A stretch of 64,000 bases of DNA from Eledone cirrhosa (GCA_964016885.1 OZ024751.1:14756001-14820000); one strand, 5' to 3'; shown: positions 11,240 through 26,773, counted from the first letter of the stretch. Numbers and translations are program-made. Notes: a model not told the origin generated them from the letters alone.

Positions 11240-12280
11240 AACAACCGCTTTACAGTGTGGACTGGGTGCTTTTAATCATGGTACTGAAATGACCACTATG
11301 GACTGTGTGCTTTTTATCGTTGTGGACTAGGTGCTGTTTATCGTGCCACTGTAACAGCCACTTTACAGTGTGGGCTGGGTGTTGTTTATCGTGACACTGT
11401 AATGACCACTTTACAGTGTGGACTAGGTGCTGTTTATCGTGACACTGTAACAGCCACTTTACAGTGAGGACTAGGTGCTGTTAATCATGGTAACTGTAAT
11501 GACCACCTTACAGTGTGAACTGGGTGTTCTTTATCATGGCCTCTAAATGACCACTTTACAGTGTGGACTGGGTGCTTTTAATTGTGGCACTGAAATGACC
11601 ACTTTACACTGTGTGCTTTTTATCGCGGTACTGTAATGACCCCTTTACAGTGTGGACTAGGTGGTTTATCATGGTACTGTAATGACCCCTTTACAGTGTG
11701 GACTAGGTGCTGTTTATCATGGTACTGTAATGACCCCTTTACAGTATGAACTGGGTGTTTTTTATCATGGTACTGTAACAGCCACTTTCCAGTGTGGCCT
11801 GGATGATGTTTATCGATCGTGGTACTGAAATTACCACCTTACAGGGTTGACTGGGTGCTTTTTAATCATGGCACTGTAACGACCACTATACAGGGTTGAC
11901 TGGGTGTTGTTTATTGTGGCCCCTACATGACCACTTTACAGGGTCGACAGGGTGTTGTTTATCGTAGCCCCTACATAACCACATTTACGGTGGACTGGGT
12001 GCTTTTTATTGTGGCACTATAACAATCACTGTACAGTGTGGACTGGGTGCTTTTTATCAAGGCACCATAATAACAACTACTATACAGTGTGGGCTGAGTG
12101 CTTTCTATTGTAGCACTATAACCACTTTACAGTGTGGACTGGGTAATGTTTATTGTGGTACTGTAATGACCACTTTACAGGGTAGACTGGGTGCTTTTTA
12201 TCATGGGCCCCTATACAACCACTTTACAGTGTAGACTGGGTGCTTTTTATCATGGCCCCTACACAACCACTTTACAGTTA
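11240..12280 (-). repeat. Diverged ~43-bp minisatellite derived from the SINE family B unit
   Basis: CCACTTTACAGTGTGGACTGGGTGCTTTTTATCATGGCACTGTAATGA-type units, >20 copies. Confidence 0.8.
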
Positions 12281-12799
12281 TTTTTTCATTTTTCATTTGA
12301 TTTCCATTTTATTTTATCTTCCGGCCCGGGTCTCCCCCAGAGACCTACATATAGTTATACTGTAGTATTAGTGTTGGAATGTATGAACAAAACATGGTCC
12401 TCCTGACCTTGTCCTGTCTCAGACCATAACTCATCCAAACTTGGAGAACGGATGTATGATGATAATATATATATATATATATATATACCTAGATATAAAG
12501 TGGTTGTGTATGGCAAAAAGCATCCAGCCCACACTGTAAAGTGGTCGTGTAGGTGTCATGGCAAAAGGCACCCAGCACACACTGTGAATGATGTTAGCGC
12601 TAAGAAGGGCATCCAGCTGTAGAAACTAAGCCAAAATCAGTTTTATTTGAGCACGATATGGTGACCTGACGTAGCATTGCTCACAACAGGATAACTTGTC
12701 TAACCCATGCCTGCATGGAAGAATGGATGTTAAGCAGTGATGATAGGTATGCTGTGTTAGGGTGGATGTATTGGTGTTTATACATATACATGTAGCAAC

Positions 12800-14100
12800 A
12801 GTGCACATGTAAAGGAGGATGTATTGCGTTTATACATGTGGATACACTGATATTTGCTACTGCAATATGTGCAGCCTGTTGTGGAGGCAAAATTGGCAAA
12901 TTGCACACCTCAGTTGCAGATTCAAGGATACGGCAGGAAATGTTACTTTGATCTCAGAGCCGTCAAACAGACAGAACTGGGAAATGGAATGTTCCTTCAC
13001 CTGAAAAAGTGCAATAGCTGAGTGAATCTACCCATGGAAATTGTAGTTTGTTAGCCCCATGTAGTTCCTTAGGGTACAATCATCTGTTAATGTGAGGCTG
13101 GCTCTATAGGCTACAGTCTTTAGGAGGTAGAACCATCTCAGAAGATACATGGTAGGGTTTTAGCAGTTGCAAGTTGTGAAGTATAGGGAGATCGGTGTTT
13201 AGAGTTGTAGGAAGCCACCCTCAGCCAGGAAACCTGGCCCGAAAGCTTGCAACAAAGCTGACCCTGTTAAGGACACTACTTAATGGGCCAGGTTGCTGGT
13301 GCATGTTTGCTTCTGTTGTAATATTATGGGAATTGAAAAGTTTATAATACTTATTTGGTGTCATCTTAGTTTCTAGTTATAGACATGTACATTGAATGGA
13401 GGATTGAATGAAGTTATATTTCTCTTCCAAACTTTCTTTGGTGTGGCTGTGAGGGTATTGGATCCTTCATGTTCACTAATGTTCCATTAAAGCCACTTCT
13501 AGCTAGTGCGTCATTGTATTGCGGTGCAGCCCTGTTGAAGAATATCAGAGGATAAACTAGATAGCCTTCTGCTACTTCTGTTTACTAGGTTTCTAACTAT
13601 AGCTGGGGTGGAATTGCAATGAATGAAAACAGTTTCTTCATTAAGCTTCCTAAAGGGAGTGTTTGCCTGTCTAGAGGGATGTCTAGATAGTTGAATTTTG
13701 TTATGTTGGCGGTAACTGTAGTGTTTAATCCTTTAGCATTTAAGCAGGTCATATCCGGCCCAAATTCTCTCACATATTTGTATTCAAACTGGCCATAACT
13801 AACTGCTTATACTTATGTTAAGATATTGTTCTCAAAATAAGTAATATCAAAATCTTGTAGCCTCGATATTATGTGAGATAAAACCTTTACAATGAAAATA
13901 CAATAGTATATATAGAGTAATGTAAATGTTAAAGGGTTAAGCCCAAACTCTTTGAAGATGTTTATGAAAGTCTTTCATGATCTAGTCCATAGTGTAGCCA
14001 TTCATATTACTTGAGATTGCCAGGTGGGAGGCTGATATAAAGTTCTGCTGCCATCAAACAAACTATTACCTAATTCCAATCCACAAGACCCTGGTGTCCT
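12800..14100 (-). pseudogene. Decayed Penelope-like element (RT thumb, linker, GIY-YIG) interrupted by a piggyBac MITE
   Basis: Frameshifted minus-strand motifs: TVTANITKFNYLD, LNEETVFIHCNS, RRLSSLSS, WKRNITSFNPPF, NYMGLT, ICQFCL; same order as in the PLE at 34011-36258. Confidence 0.6.
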
Positions 14101-14227
14101 GCAAATATCACTCAAGCTCCTGTACTGTATATATCACTCTAACTATAAGTGGTAGCAGTTTGAATTAATATGTGTGTAGATGTAGTATATAGAGAGGTGG
14201 TTGTAGTAGGTGTGTGTGTATGCATAT

Positions 14228-14666
14228 ATCATCATCATCACCATTTTACGTCCGCTCTTCCACGTTAGCATGGGTTAGACGGGTTGTCTTGTTGTGGGCA
14301 GTGTCCGGTTGGCTGACCTTGTCTTGCTCATACGGGAATTGATTCTGGCTTGATTTCTACAGCTGGATGCCCTTCCTAACACCAACCTCATTTACAGTGA
14401 GTGCTGGGTGCTTTTTCCCCGTGGCACCTACACGTCCACTTTACAGTGTGGGCTGGGTGCTTTTTTGCCGTGGCACCTACACGACCACTTTGCAGTGGAA
14501 TGATAGGGACCCCAGTCCTATCATCTCATTTCTACAGCTGAGTAAACTGGAGCAATGTGAAATAAAGTGCCTTGCTCAAGGAAACAACAGATCACCCAGT
14601 TCGAGAATTGAACTCACAACCTTTCGATTGCAAACCCAATGCTCTAACCACTAAGCCATGTCCCTT

Positions 14667-14667
<1 letters not shown>
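14228..14667 (-). mobile_element. Full-length tRNA-derived SINE family B (tRNA head + CORE/V-like domain + tandem unit + RTE-like tail)
   Basis: A box TGGCTTAGTGG, B box GAGTTCAATTC, CCTTGAGCAAGGCACTTTATTTCACATTGCTCCAG domain and (GAT)n tail; head-containing relatives at 28545-28668 (-), 42150-42420 (-) and 58828-58990 (+). Confidence 0.8.
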
Positions 14668-14714
<47 letters not shown>

Positions 14715-14718
<4 letters not shown>

Positions 14719-15095
14719 CACCGTTTTACGTCCATTTTTTCACGCTAGCATGGGTTAGACGAATTGTCCTGTTGGGAGCACTGCCAGGTCAAGTGACCAT
14801 GTCTTTCTCATACAGAACTGATTTTCGCTTCGCTTCTACAGCTGGATGCCCTTCCTAACCTCATTTACTGTGAGTACTAGGTGGTTTTGTCGTGACACCT
14901 ACACAACCACTTTACAGTGTGGACTAGGAGCTTTTTGTCGTGACACCTACACAACCACTTTACAGTGTGGCCTAGGAGCTTTTTGTCGTGACACCTACAC
15001 AACTGCTTTACAGTGTGGACTGGGAGCCTTTTGTCGTGACACCTTCACGACCACTTTACAGAGAGGACTGGGTGTATTTTGTCATGACACCTGCA
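14715..15095 (-). mobile_element. SINE family B 3' part with ~5 tandem internal units
   Basis: TTTTGTCGTGACACCTACACAACCACTTTACAGTGTGGACTAGGAGC repeats next to the RTE-like tail. Confidence 0.75.
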
Positions 15096-15282
15096 CATTT
15101 ATGTGTAGCTTTAGTGTACGTGTGAAGTTTATTAATTAACAGCACATGTGTAGTCCTGTGCAACCATGTAGATTGTCTCTATATATACATGTAAGAGAAC
15201 ACTACCCACATGTGTGTATATTATTAATATACTTTAATGATAGTGGCACACACGTAAAAGTCTTTCTCTCACACTCATACAT

Positions 15283-15321
<39 letters not shown>

Positions 15322-15496
15322 ACAAGGCGGTGCCCCAGCATAGCCGCACTCTAATGACTGAAATCAGTAACAGAATTACATATGTACACACTTCTAACCT
15401 GGACAACTGGCAAGAATAACTGGTCATGGTGTTATACACATAGATACGTGTGTATTGTGTCTATATCATTTATACATACACATCTAAACCGCATAC

Positions 15497-15542
<46 letters not shown>

Positions 15543-16025
15543 AAGAGAGAGTGAGAGAGACGGGTGGGGGTCAAATAGCTGTAGAGATGTACTAAAGCAT
15601 AGATTCATAGGTAAAGAGATAAGAGAGATGATAGATATACGACTATTATCCTTCACATGTATTATATATATATACACATACACACACACACACACACATA
15701 CATATATATACATACATATAATGTGATAGTTCACTTGTACTGCAGAGCTATTTAGATAAAAAAAAAATAACTATCAGCATATTTGATCAGTAGTACAATG
15801 ATACTACTGACACACAGACGTGTATATATATATATATACACATACACAAATATATGTGTGTGTATATATGTTTGTGTATATATATATATATATATATATT
15901 ATTCTATACTTTATCCTCCTGTTTTTCCAAACGTACGTGTGATTATATATATATCCTTGTCGAGATGACAATAGTATGGTGATTACTATCAGTATAGTAT
16001 AGCTTAGTGATACACACACACACAG

Positions 16026-16058
<33 letters not shown>

Positions 16059-16945
16059 CAGATATGTGTGTGAGTTAGATGTAAAATAACGAAGGAGGAA
16101 GGAGGGGGGATATAGACGGGGGGAGGGGCGGAGTAGGGTGATGAGGGTGGAGACGACGATGAGGAAAGGAAAGGGGAGTGCTGTTTGTTGTGTGGTAGTT
16201 TGAAGGGGGACAAACGAGTGCTTTAATAATAAACCACCATCAGCTGCCCCCTATGCGTCGTCCATTGACGATGGTCCTTTCTTACTAAATCACTCAGGGA
16301 AATAATACATTTACAGTATGCTTTGTAGAAGAGGCTGTATTTTTTTACTGTTATGTTTTTTATATATATATATATATATATATGTGTGTATATATTTATG
16401 TATTGTTGAACTAATAAATCATTATTTTTCATGAGTTTTATTTTATTCATTTATGAGACAGTTAAGAAAGTATTGTTAGCCACAACATCTACATTTAAAT
16501 ATATCCAGTTAACTTTACACTAGCTTAGCATTAAAGCTCTCTGTCGTCCCGAACAAAGGAAGTGTATACACTAACACATACATATATACACACACACACA
16601 AGCATATATATACACACACAAACATACATATACGCACACATACATATAGAATGTCCCAAAAAGATGTATACACACTTCAACAGCAAAATAATCAGTGTAT
16701 ATATTTTTGAGGGACACCCTTTATATACACACACACACACACACACATACATATTTGAAATGTGTGTGTCCCAACGCAAATAACCATAATAATTTTCTCA
16801 ATTATTTTTATTGTGGCTGACTATTATTATGGTCATTTCAGTTGGGACGGACGTACGCAATTCAAATTTTCCCATTTAAGTCTACTGCTTTATATATGTA
16901 GTGGGTTGATAGAGACTGGCCCAAGCTGTAGCAGTAACACACACG

Positions 16946-16990
<45 letters not shown>

Positions 16991-17115
16991 TTTTGGGGGA
17001 CACCCTGCATATATTTTTTGGACACACACACATTATATATATATATATATATATATATATACTTAAGGATTATAACGTATATTTATATACATACACATTT
17101 TGGGAGGACACCCTA

Positions 17116-17147
<32 letters not shown>

Positions 17148-17771
17148 CGTTACAATCCTTAAATATATATATATATATAGTGTCCCAAAAATGTATACTC
17201 ACTTCAACGGCATTCTAATAAATGTGTATACATTTTTGGGGACACCCTATATATATATATATATATACATATTATGGTCGAGGGCGCTATGGTTCCAATT
17301 CTCTTAATAGCATCTTTATTATATATCGTTAATAAAACTCGGCTGTAATGAAAGGGGGAGGTATGAGGTACTGTGGAGTAGCATGAACACCACAACTTAC
17401 CATTTCTGTCCCCACCATCACCAGCATCTAATAATAAGATACGAGATTTCCTGCCTGCCTTTGTAATAAATTATGTGTGAGATTATAAGCCATTGTGTTA
17501 AGAGTGTGAAAGGAAGTATGGAAGAATATATATATATATATAAAATATATATATAAAGCTATATTAATATTATTATTACTAATAAATATTTTTACCATTG
17601 TTATTATATGGAATCAATTCATGGATTATAAAAGAGACAAACCAAACAACAGGTTCTGAAGACCAAAGATTGTTTAAATGGTGTCAGCACCACACCACCA
17701 CCTCCACCATAAATATATATACATTAACAAACCATTAAGCTTTGTTCGACATTTCCTTCGCGTGTATACAT

Positions 17772-17817
<46 letters not shown>

Positions 17818-18016
17818 CGAAGGAAATGTGGTAAGGAACCAGATGGACCATAACGCACCAAAGTACTCAATACTTAGGGTAGTAGAGTAGAGTGGTTAAT
17901 AGGAACGAGTAGGACCCCGACGGCTGAGCTCAAGCCGTTTCGACGGCTAATTCGTAGTCCAGAATGAGCCGTCGAAACGGCTTGAGCTCAGCCGTCGGGG
18001 TCCTACTCGTTCCTAT
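17818..18016. mobile_element. Family A element with terminal fold-back
   Basis: 17899-18016 is a near-perfect palindrome of the hammerhead 3' half (GAAACGGCTTGAGCTCAGCCGTCGGGGTCC); TA tracts on both sides. Confidence 0.85.
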
Positions 18017-18516
18017 ATATATATATATAATTACATTTTACTGGAGATAAGCTAAAAGCAATCTTGGTCTTGGGTTGTAAGTACTCTCGTCATTTCCCTT
18101 ATTTCGAGAAAGGCATTCATGCCACACACGCACACATATTCTTTACCTTTGATAAATATCCCAGGCTTTGTACATAATCGATACCCAGTATTTTTATAAT
18201 GGGTTGCTTAAAAATAAAGTTTGCTATTTGGTCGGGACAAAACGTTACTAATTATATATATATATATATATAATTATATTATATATATATAAATTAGATA
18301 GCTCTAATTAAATAGCTCTGTATTATAAATAGAACACTCTTCTTTCATTTGCTTTTTCTTCGGAAATACTTAAAACATACATATATATATAGTATGTATA
18401 TATGTAAGTATACATAACGTATAGAGATACGTTTAAACGTATATAAATAAACTACGTGAGGTAAGTGTATCTATATACAGCACAGTTACTCGGCTGGAAC
18501 CGGTAAAAGAGTATAT

Positions 18517-18559
<43 letters not shown>

Positions 18560-18560
18560 T

Positions 18561-18594
<34 letters not shown>

Positions 18595-18799
18595 GTATCT
18601 TCTTTACCGGTAGGATATATTAAACTATCACCTCTCTCTCCTATATATATATATACATGCGTGTATATATACACATACATGCGTATATATACACATACAT
18701 GCGTGTATATATACACATACATGCATATATATATACACACATACATGCATATTTATATATAAATATATATATATACATACATACATGTATGTATATATT

Positions 18800-18834
<35 letters not shown>

Positions 18835-19259
18835 CCTGTATTTATATATACATACACATGTGATTGTTTATATAAACACACACACACACACATATATATA
18901 TACATATATATGTGTGTGTGTGTGTGTGTGTGTAGATACATCACACATTAGAAAATAGTGCTCATTGCTTTCATCGTTTCAGTATAAATAATAAACAAAC
19001 TATGAAATAAAAGGTATTAACAATCAAACAAGAAGTACATACATTTAAAAGGACACAGCAGTAAAATATTTCCCAAACTTGATAATAATAACTGTCCTCC
19101 GTTTTTCAGAAATCAGAAAATATATATTTCTCAGCCAGAAAGCCAGTCTAGCTGGCTTCCTCGGTTTCTTCTATACATGCTGCATATAATATACTAGATT
19201 CATAACATACTACATTCTCTTTCTCTCTCATACACTCTCACCCTTTCTCTCTCTTGCTT

Positions 19260-20284
19260 AATGGCTTTCTATGTCTTTCTTTCATTCACTCTCTATGTTT
19301 CTTTAGTGTTTCTCTAACCCACTCTCTATGTTTCTTTAGTGTTTCTCTAACCCACTCCTCTATATTTCTTAGTGTTTCTGTCCCTTACTCTCTATATTTC
19401 TTTCTATTTCTCTTGCTTTCTCTCACTTACTCTCTATGTTGCTTTGTATTTCTCTCACTTACTCTTTATATTTCTTTGTATTTCTCTTGCTTTCTCTCAC
19501 TTACTCTCTATGTTGCTTTGTATTTCTCTCACTTACTCTCTATATTTCTTTGTATTTCTCTTGCTTTCTCTCACTTACTCTCTATGTTGCTTTATATTTC
19601 TCTCACTTACTCTCTATGTTACTTTGTATTTCTCTCACTTACTCTCTATATTTCTTGGTATTTCTCTTGCTTTCTCTCACTTACTCTCTATGTTGCTTTG
19701 TATTTTCTCACTTACTCTCTATGTTACTTTGTATTTCTCTCACTTACTCTCTATATTTCTTGGTATTTCTCTTGCTTTCTCTCACTTACTCTCTATATTG
19801 CTTTGTATTTTATCACTTACTCTCTATGTTACTTTGTATTTCTCTCACTTACTCTATATATTTCTTGGTATTTCTCTCCCCCACTCTCTTGCTTTCTCGG
19901 TATTTCTCTCCTTTACTCTCTATATTTCTATATACTTCTTTATACTTCTCTCCCTCACTCTATATTTCTATGTATTTCTCTCCCTCACTCTCTATATTTC
20001 ACTCCCTCACTCACTCTCTATATTTCATTGTATTTCTCTCCTTCACACTCTGTATTTCTCTAACTCACTCTCTATATATCTTTTCCTCTCCCTCTCTATT
20101 TATCTCTATGTTCCTTATACAATCTTTATCGGATTTTAGTCTTCACATAAATAAAGTACCAGTAATGTACTAGGTTAATTACTGGCCTTGTGCCAAAAGT
20201 AGAAACAATTATTATATATAAATATATAAATATATATATTTCTATTTGTGTCACTCATTCTCTGTATTTCACTTACTCTCTCTA

Positions 20285-20356
<72 letters not shown>

Positions 20357-20550
20357 CATCACATGTACTTGCTTTTCACTCTCCTCTCTCTTTCTCACGT
20401 ACTTGCTTCTATCTTTCTCCCCCTCTTTCTTTCTTTATCATATATATCTGCTTCTCTCTATTCATTCTCTCTATCACACTTAACTGCTTTTCTCTTCCTT
20501 TCTTTCTCTCTCTTCATTCTCTCTATCACATGTACTTTTTCTTTCTCCCA

Positions 20551-20586
<36 letters not shown>

Positions 20587-21500
20587 TTCATATACTTGCC
20601 TCTCTTTCCTTCTTTCTCTCTCTCACATATTCTTCCCTCTCTTTCTCTCTCTCTATGCTATGTACTTGCCTTTCTTTCTTCTCTCTCTTTCACATATATT
20701 ACCTTTTCTCTCCTCTCTTTCACTTATATTTGTCTTTCCCTCTCCTTATTTCTCTCTCTCTCTCATCCCCTCTATATCTTTTTATCTTATTCATTAGTCT
20801 CTCTCTCTCTCCCTCTCTCTCCTTATTACATTTCCTTAACACTTTCTCTCACTTCCTACTCCTCAGTCTACTTCGTCTAAATCACATTAACGAGTATGAC
20901 CCCCCCCCCCCCCTCTATCAAATTCACTAGGCTTTCTTTAACCCTCTCTCTATTTATTACACACAAAACTCACTCTTTCCCCCTCTCTATCACATTTACT
21001 AAGCTTTCTCTACCCCTTTCTATTAAACACGAACTTCACTCTCTCTCTTTATTTCACTAAAATCTCACTCTCTACCCCCCTCTAACTCATTAACTACACA
21101 TTCTCTCTCCCTCTCTATTAATTATACAGAAAACTTACTCTCTTTCCCCCCTCTCTCTATATATATATCACTTTCATTTTTCTCTCTTTCACACTGTATT
21201 CGACCACTTTCTTTATCTCCTCCCCTTTTCCCCCTCTCTCTTTGTGATTAAACATCCCTCATACTATATCTCCCATATAATCTTTTACTCACTTTATACT
21301 CCTTCCTTATATTTACTATACTTTCTCTCTCACACACATTTTCTATTTCTCTTATCCCTTCTTACTTCTTACATCTCTCACTACATCTTTATTACTCCCT
21401 CTCCTCACGCCCCTGTCTCTAACGGCCATTATAGACTATCACATCTTTCATAAATTTCTCTTTCTCTTCGCTTCACTCTCTCTTTCTTCCCTCTCTCCCT
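19260..21500. repeat. CT-rich minisatellite/low-complexity block
   Basis: TCTCTCACTTACTCTCTATGTTGCTTTGTATT-type units at 19420-19900 decaying into (CT)n; another CT block at 23400-24000. Confidence 0.9.
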
Positions 21501-21596
21501 CCACATTCAATACAGTTTCCCCTTAGAGACAAATCTATGTCACACACACACACACACGTATGTGTGTCTTTGTGTTGTACTTGTGTGTATGTACTT

Positions 21597-21668
<72 letters not shown>

Positions 21669-21673
21669 GTATA

Positions 21674-21713
<40 letters not shown>

Positions 21714-21743
21714 TATATTCATATATATATATATATATATATA

Positions 21744-21787
<44 letters not shown>

Positions 21788-22226
21788 TATATGTATATGA
21801 ATATGTATATATATATTATGTGTGTATATATACAGGGTGTCCCCAAAAAATGTATACACATTTTGATTAGAAGCTATTGAAGTGTGTATACATTTTTAGG
21901 CCCCCTATATATATATATAAATATATATATATATAAATATATATACAAGGTGCGTAAAAAATGTATACACACCCCAATAGCTTCTAATCAAAGTATGTAT
22001 ACATTTTTAAGGAACACCCTGTATATATGTGTGTGTGTGTGTATGATACTTTAAGCTTATCCATATCTTATTAACTTTCTGCTCGCATGTAGAGGACAGT
22101 TACTGTCTGATAACATTAAGCAAATAAAGAGTTTGGGATCTACGAATATTGATAACAATAACCGGCTAATTACGTCTTCCTTGATTAATATTAACAATCT
22201 TGAGTGTGTGGAAAGCACACACACAC

Positions 22227-23020
<794 letters not shown>

Positions 23021-23918
23021 TGTGTGTGTGTGTGTGTGTGTATGTGTGTTTGTGTAAGTGTATGTTTGCACCTATATGTGTGTGTGTGTGTGTATGTGTG
23101 GTTGTGTAAGTGTGTGTTTGCATATGTATATATGTGTGTGTGTATGTATGTGAGTTTGTGTAAGTGTGTGTTTGCATATATATGTGTGTGTGTGTGTGTA
23201 TGTGTGATTGTGTAAGTGTGTTTGCATATGTATATATGTGTGTGTGTATGTATGTGCATGTGTGTTTGTGTGTGTATATGTGTACGTGCTTTTGTGTATG
23301 TGTGTATGTGTACGTGCGTTACTGTGTCTGTTTGTGTGTATGTATGTATGTGTAATTCACACACCACTTGTCTTTATCATTGACCCTTTCTCAATACACT
23401 TACATTCCTCTCTTTAATTCTGACCCTTTCACTACCACCCCACCCCCTTTTGTTTCCAAACACTGCTTCCTTTCCTTTCATTCTTCCTCTCCCTCTTTCT
23501 CCCTACCAACCCTGCTCTCTCTCTCTTCCACCTTCCTCTACATCTCTCTCTCTCTCTTCCACCTTCCTCTCTCTCTCTCTCTTCCACCTTCCTCTACATC
23601 TCTCTTTCTCCTCCACCTTCCCCTCTCTCTCTCTTCCACTTTGCTCTACATCTCTCTCTCTCTCTTCCACCTTCCTCTACATCTCTCTCTCTCTCTCCCT
23701 TCCTCTACATCTCTTTCCCCCTTCCTCTACATCTCTCTCTTTTTCCCCCCACCTTCCTCTCTCTTTCCCTTCCCCCTTCCTCTACATCTCTCTCTCCCCC
23801 TTCATCTAACCTTTCTCCCTCTCTCTCCCCGTCCTCTACATCTCTCTCTCTCTCTCCGTCCTCTACATCTCTCTTTTTTTCCCCACCTTCCTCTCTCTTT
23901 CCCTTCCCCCTTCCTCTA

Positions 23919-23967
<49 letters not shown>

Positions 23968-24081
23968 TTTCCTCACCTCACCACTGCTGTTTCCTTCTAA
24001 CATAGTTCTCTGCTGACATCTTCCTTCTCCACCGATTTCTCTTCTCTAACTCGCCCTTTCTTTCATTAATCCCCTCTCTCC

Positions 24082-24140
<59 letters not shown>

Positions 24141-24144
<4 letters not shown>

Positions 24145-24576
24145 ATTTCAGATACATGTTGTTGTGTATATAACACACTTAGACACACATACATATGTAT
24201 GTATATATATATATAGTTCCTATCTCTCTGTCTGTCTCATATATATATATATATATATAGGAACGAGTAGGACCCCGACGGCTGAGCTCAAGCCGTTTCG
24301 ACGGCTATTTCTGGAGTCCAGAATTAGCCGTCGAAACGGCTTAAGCTCAGCCGTCGGGGTCCTACTCGTTCCTATTACCCACTCTACTACCCTAAGTATT
24401 GAGTACTTTGGTGCGTTATGGTCCACCTGGTTCCTTACCACATTTCCATATATATATATATATATATGAGACAGACAGAGAGATAGGGACTATATATATA
24501 GATATACATAACGATGGAAATGTGGTAAGGAACCAGGTGGATCATAACGCACCAAAGTACTCAATACTTAGGGTAA

Positions 24577-24632
<56 letters not shown>

Positions 24633-24687
24633 AGTGTGTGTGTCTAAGTGTGTTATATACACAACAACATGTATATCTGAAATTCTC
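24141..24687. repeat. Nested inverted duplication enclosing family A copies
   Basis: 24141-24240 is the reverse complement of 24466-24687 apart from an inserted family A fragment and TA run; inner palindrome at 24257-24377. Confidence 0.8.
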
Positions 24688-24782
24688 ACTATCTTTCACC
24701 AACAAGCCACCACCAGACGAAATAAACAATAAAGCAGTAACCGTTCCTCTCAGTCTGTCATTTCATTTCTAACAACCGTCAG

Positions 24783-26460
24783 TCACACCAAACCAGCCAG
24801 CCGCCCAACCGCCAGACCAGCCAGCCAGTCAGCCACACCACCAACCACCAAACCAGCCAGCCGCCCAACCGCCAGACCAGCCAGCCAGTCAGCCACACCA
24901 CCAACCACCAAACCAGCCAGCCAGCCGCCCAACCGCCAGACCAGCCAGCCAGTCAGCCACACCACCAACCACCAAACCAGCCAGCCGCCCAACCGCCAGA
25001 CCAACCAGCCAGTCAGCCACACCACCAACCACCAAACCAGCCAGCCACCCAACCGCCAGACCAGCCAGCCAGTCAGCCACACCACCAACCACCAAACCAG
25101 CCAGCCAGCCGCCCAACCGCCAGACCAAATAGCCAGTCAGCCACACCACCAACCACCAAACCAGCAAGCCGCCCAACCACCAGACCAAATAGCCAGTCAG
25201 CCACACCACCAACCACCAAACCAGCCAGCCAGCCGCCCAACCGCCAGACCAGCCAGCCAGTCAGCCACACCACCAACCACCAAACCAGCCAGCCACCCAA
25301 CCACCAGACCAGCCAGCCAGTCAGCCACACCACCAACCACCAAACCACCAAACCAGCCAGCCAGCCGCCCAACCGCCAGACCAGCCAGCCAGTCAGCCAC
25401 ACCACCAACCACCAAACCAGCCAGCCACCCAACCACCAGACCAGCCAGCCAGTCAGCCACACCACCAACCACCAAACCACCAAACCAGCCAGCCAGCCGC
25501 CCAACCGCCAGACCAGCCAGCCAGTCAGCCACACCACCAACCACCAAACCAGCCAGCCACCCAACCACCAGACCAGCCAGCCAGTCAGCCACACCACCAA
25601 CCACCAAACCACCAAACCAGCCAGCCAGCCGCCCAACCGCCAGACCAGCCAGCCAGTCAGCCACACCACGAACCACCAAACCAGCCAGTCGGCCAGCCGC
25701 CAGACCAGCCAGCCACCAGTCAGCCACACCACCAACCACCAAACCAGCCAGTCGGCCAGCCACCAGACCAACCAGCCAGTCAGCCACACCACCAACCACC
25801 AAACCAGCCAGTCGGCCAGCCACCAGACCAACCAGCCAGTCAGCCACACCACCAACCACCAAACCAGCCAGCCGCCCAACCGTCAGACCAGCCAGCCAGT
25901 CAGCCACACCACCAACCACCAAACCAGCCAGCCACCCAACCGTCAGACCAGCCAGCCAGTCAGCCACACCACCAACCACCAAACCAGCCAGTCGGCCAGC
26001 CGCCAGACCAGCCAGCCACCAGTCAGCCACACCACCAACCACCAAACCAGCCAGTCGACCAGCTACCAGACCAGCCAGCTTCCCAACCGCGACCCAGCCA
26101 ACCAACCAGCCAGAGCACCTGCTAGTCAGCCAGCCACAGTACCAGCCGCCCAACCAGCAAGCCAGCCATAGCTCCAACCAGCCTGCCAGCTAACCAGATA
26201 ACCAGCCGCCAAACCAGCCAGCTAGAGCCCCAACCACCAAACCTGCCAGCTAGGGGACCAGCCAACCAACCACCCAGGCCATCTTCCAACCAGAATACCA
26301 GCCAGCCAGCCACCCTATCAGTCAAACAACCAGCCAGCGCACCCGCCGCCCAACCAACCAGCTAGCAAGAACACCAGTCACCCACCCTACCAACCAACCA
26401 GCCAGCCATCTAGCCAACCAGCTGACAAGCCAGTCAACCAAGAACCATCCAACCATCCAA
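24783..26460. repeat. ~60-bp CA/CCAG-rich minisatellite
   Basis: CAGTCAGCCACACCACCAACCACCAAACCAGCCAGCCGCCCAACCGCCAGACCAGCCAGC units, decaying after ~26050. Confidence 0.95.
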
Positions 26461-26737
26461 CCGTATCAACAATTTATCTTCACTATTTTTCTCGGATTTT
26501 CTTTTTCTTAAACTCTACTTTATACATATTACTTAGTTGGCAGTATCGGTAGAGGGTCGGACAACATGCTTTGTAGCACAGAGTTACGCCCCTTTCTGAT
26601 CTGGGTTCAAATCCTGCCGAGGTTAACTTTGCCTTTCATCCTTACAGGGTCGATAAAATAAAGTACCAGTAATGCAGTGGGTAATTGCTGGCCTTGTGCC
26701 AAAAGTAGAAACAATTACTTAGTAGTAACACACACAC

Positions 26738-26773
<36 letters not shown>

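Noticed and set aside
14590-14667. tRNA gene
   Set aside because: A and B boxes are present but lead straight into SINE body sequence, so this is a SINE head
17401-17455. ILLLDAGD resembling a 5'-nucleotidase metallophosphoesterase motif
   Set aside because: Short match only, with no other exons of such a protein in the window; could be chance
24783-26325. Trp/Gly/Leu-rich membrane-protein-like ORFs (also the hydrophobic ORFs at 19254-20173)
   Set aside because: Direct translations of minisatellites
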